Below, piece after piece: positions 23,085 through 24,000 of a DNA stretch of 24,000 nt; the stretch's first letter is position 1; every line of letters begins with the position of its first letter. The notes beneath the pieces were generated by a model. The model made no database searches and was not told where the DNA came from. It saw only the letters and a list, made by a program, of their open reading frames with translations. The DNA lies in contig SICC01000001.1 in assembly GCA_009694835.1 (NCBI GenBank), forward strand, positions 2,588-26,587. The letters are read 5' to 3'. The translations under genes and the position numbers were made by a program. Origin of the DNA: Patescibacteria group bacterium. GTDB lineage: Bacteria; Patescibacteriota; SICC01.

Positions 23085-23141
23085 TTTCGATCGAAAGCGT
23101 ACTCGGAGCACAGCTCCTGCGCACCTCTTTCGATCGACAAA
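23085..23141. promoter_or_regulatory. Twin palindromes TTTCGATCGAAA (perfect, 23085-23096) and TTTCGATCGAcAAA (23128-23141): candidate operator pair or paired RNA hairpins
   Basis: Read directly. The centres are 43 bp apart and flank the hairpin GGAGC-aca-GCTCC (23105-23117). Confidence 0.4.
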
Positions 23142-23204
23142 AGAAAAAAGCTCCTCAGCGGTGCCTTGCCAGGAATCATCAGAGGCTCAGCTATGCGTTT
23201 GAAA

Positions 23205-23380
23205 TAGATACAGAAAACGCCCCGATTGAAGTGGGGCGTTCTTACGTTTCGTCCGAGCCTATCCGGACTCTTCAGCTGCGTACCGCAGACGTCAGGCACA
23301 GGTGGTGCAGGACGTAAGAGCCCATAGTAGGCCTGGCCGGCGGCCACTGTCAACGGGATTTTTCCTCCTCAGCCAAGGCG
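23205..23380 (-). ncRNA. Candidate structured small RNA of unknown class, ending at an intrinsic terminator
   Basis: Minus-strand terminator AACGCCCC-acttcaatc-GGGGCGTT followed by TTCTGTATCTATTTC (hairpin 23216-23240). Upstream of it lies a potential four-way junction (23239-23320). No protein-coding gene is available for this terminator to serve. The 5' end is not defined. Confidence 0.25.
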
Positions 23381-23408
23381 AATTTGACGAGGTGTGGATA
23401 ATAAAGCT

Positions 23409-23801
23409 ATGACAATGCAAAAAACCGACGAAGAGTGGAAGAAAGAGCTCACGCCTGAACAGTACGAAATTCTGCGCCAGCACGGGACGGAAGCCCCGGG
23501 CAGCGGAACGTATCTCTATGAGAAATCTGACGGGATGTACACGTGTGCGGCCTGCGGACAAGAACTCTTTTCATCCGATACCAAGTTTGAGTCTGGAACC
23601 GGCTGGCCGTGTTTTACCGAACCGGCTTTGATCAAGTCAGTTGAACTCCGCGAGGACAATTCCGGCGGGATGAAGCGAACTGAAGTAATCTGTCGAAACT
23701 GCGGCGGGCACTTGGGTCACGTTTTTGATGACGGGCCGAAAGATGCGGGTGGAAAACGCTACTGTATCAACTCGGCGGCGCTAAAGTTAGAGAAGAAGTA
23801 G
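23409..23801 (+). CDS. msrB: Peptide-methionine (R)-S-oxide reductase MsrB (zinc-binding type)
   Basis: [23 protein letters not shown], two CxxC pairs (CAACG, CRNCG), [15 protein letters not shown] and the catalytic RYCINS. The ATG at 23409 (or 23415) is preferred over the track's GTG at 23394. Confidence 0.9.
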   Translation: MTMQKTDEEWKKELTPEQYEILRQHGTEAPGSGTYLYEKSDGMYTCAACGQELFSSDTKFESGTGWPCFTEPALIKSVELREDNSGGMKRTEVICRNCGGHLGHVFDDGPKDAGGKRYCINSAALKLEKK

Positions 23802-23855
23802 CTCTAGTTTGCCAACTAACGAACTGCTTTCGATTTACGTACAATGATTCAAGCG

Positions 23856-23929
23856 GACTCGTAGCTCAGTTGGCTAGAGCGCCTCATTGACGTTGAGGAG
23901 GTCACAGGTTCGAATCCTGTCGAGTCCAC
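23856..23929 (+). tRNA. tRNA-Val (anticodon GAC)
   Basis: Hand-folded. Acceptor GGACTCG/CGAGTCC, D arm GCTC-AGTTGGCTA-GAGC, anticodon arm CCTCA-TTGACGT-TGAGG, variable AGGTC, T arm ACAGG-TTCGAAT-CCTGT, discriminator A. TACAAT at 23840-23845 lies upstream. Confidence 0.9.
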
Positions 23930-23936
23930 AGATTTT

Positions 23937-24000
23937 CAGCGAAACGCCGACCGTACTCGTTTGACCGCCGCTTGGAAGGCGTTGATGTCCGGCAAGGCTT
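23937..24000 (-). CDS. 3' end of an unidentified minus-strand CDS running off the window
   Basis: The reverse-strand frame reads ...ALPDINAFQAAVKRVRSAFR then TGA (complement of 23937-23939). Only 21 codons are visible. Confidence 0.25.

Noticed and set aside
23048-23090. tmRNA-like tag ending: the minus strand reads GCG AAA GCT GAA GCG GCC TAA (…AKAEAA stop).
   Set aside because: No GGGG...TTCGAC 5' end and no T-arm or CCA-proximal acceptor (GGTTCGAATCC...CCACCA) lies within reach on that strand. The reading frame is simply the tail of the long spurious-looking ORF.
23011-23393. Possible RNase P RNA. The plus strand has GTAAGAGCCCA and ACAGAAAACGCCCC-hairpin strings like CR-II/P12. The minus strand has GAGGAGGAAAAATCCCG, resembling the GAGGAAAGTCC P4 strand. 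The region's length is about right.
   Set aside because: On neither strand can the putative P4 5' strand pair with a 3' ACAGAAnnnGGCTTA-type strand. On the plus strand there is not enough room after the GTAAGAGC motif before msrB. On the minus strand the P4-like motif would sit at the extreme 5' end with no P1-P3. A cmscan with the RNase P models would settle it.
23048-23561. Minus-strand ORFs 23048-23353 (101 aa, TTG start with GAGGAGG 10 nt upstream) and 23292-23561 (89 aa).
   Set aside because: The 89-aa ORF is antisense to the well-supported msrB 5' end. The 101-aa ORF reads straight through a strong terminator hairpin with a U tract, is Arg/Pro/Gly-rich and has no recognisable fold or motif. 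It is not fully excluded because of the SD-like sequence, and conservation analysis is needed.
1-24000. Alternative genetic code (UGA reassignment, as in some candidate phyla), CRISPR arrays, and long direct or inverted repeats marking islands.
   Set aside because: TGA cleanly terminates well-aligned genes (rpmI, gatD), and all conserved proteins are intact under code 11. I saw no spaced repeat array, and no repeat longer than the short elements listed.

Overview
Dense, mostly housekeeping chromosomal window with roughly balanced G+C by eye. It uses the standard bacterial code: TAA, TAG and TGA all end well-supported genes. I saw no CRISPR array, transposase, integrase, rRNA or recognisable defence system.

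Layout:
- 65-7041 (+): a tightly coupled cell-envelope glycan operon. It encodes an initiating phosphoglycosyltransferase, a GT4, a minimal Wzz-like protein, a second GT4, a DUF4012 protein and a short YidC insertase joined by a TAATG overlap.
- 7122-9700 (+): small envelope proteins (SPFH/band-7, a membrane-anchored hypothetical, a DUF4383-like protein, an Rpf-like transglycosylase).
- 9870-9941: tRNA-Glu(CUC).
- 9944-11931: a divergent pair, a Wzy_C/O-antigen-ligase-family membrane protein and a secreted-type protein with YQP/YSP repeats.
- 11944-13679 (-): an infC-rpmI-rplT block with an upstream hypothetical.
- 13793-15310 (+): a ComM/YifB ATPase.
- 15300-21834 (-): a long run thrS / miaA-murT-gatD / pyrE-pyrF.
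- 21920-24000: an orphan hypothetical, a small HxGH nucleotidyltransferase, a possible zinc-ribbon micro-ORF, a ~380-bp ORF-poor structured region, msrB, tRNA-Val(GAC) and a partial minus-strand CDS at the edge.

The gene content (MurT/GatD, Rpf-like protein, DUF4012, short YidC, ThrRS without TGS, isolated pyrE-pyrF, compact packing) suggests a monoderm-type, reduced-genome bacterium, possibly Patescibacteria/Saccharibacteria-like. That placement is inference only.

I could not identify a clear multi-gene novel system. The most checkable unexplained signals are:
- a three-way-junction RNA filling the gatD-pyrE spacer that sequesters the pyrE SD;
- the structured 23011-23393 region, with twin TTTCGATCGAAA palindromes and a terminator with no gene to terminate;
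- the Wzy_C plus repeat-protein pair as a possible O-glycosylation module;
- a recurrent -10-hexamer-N6-ATG (leaderless) architecture;
- a URA3-like OMP decarboxylase.
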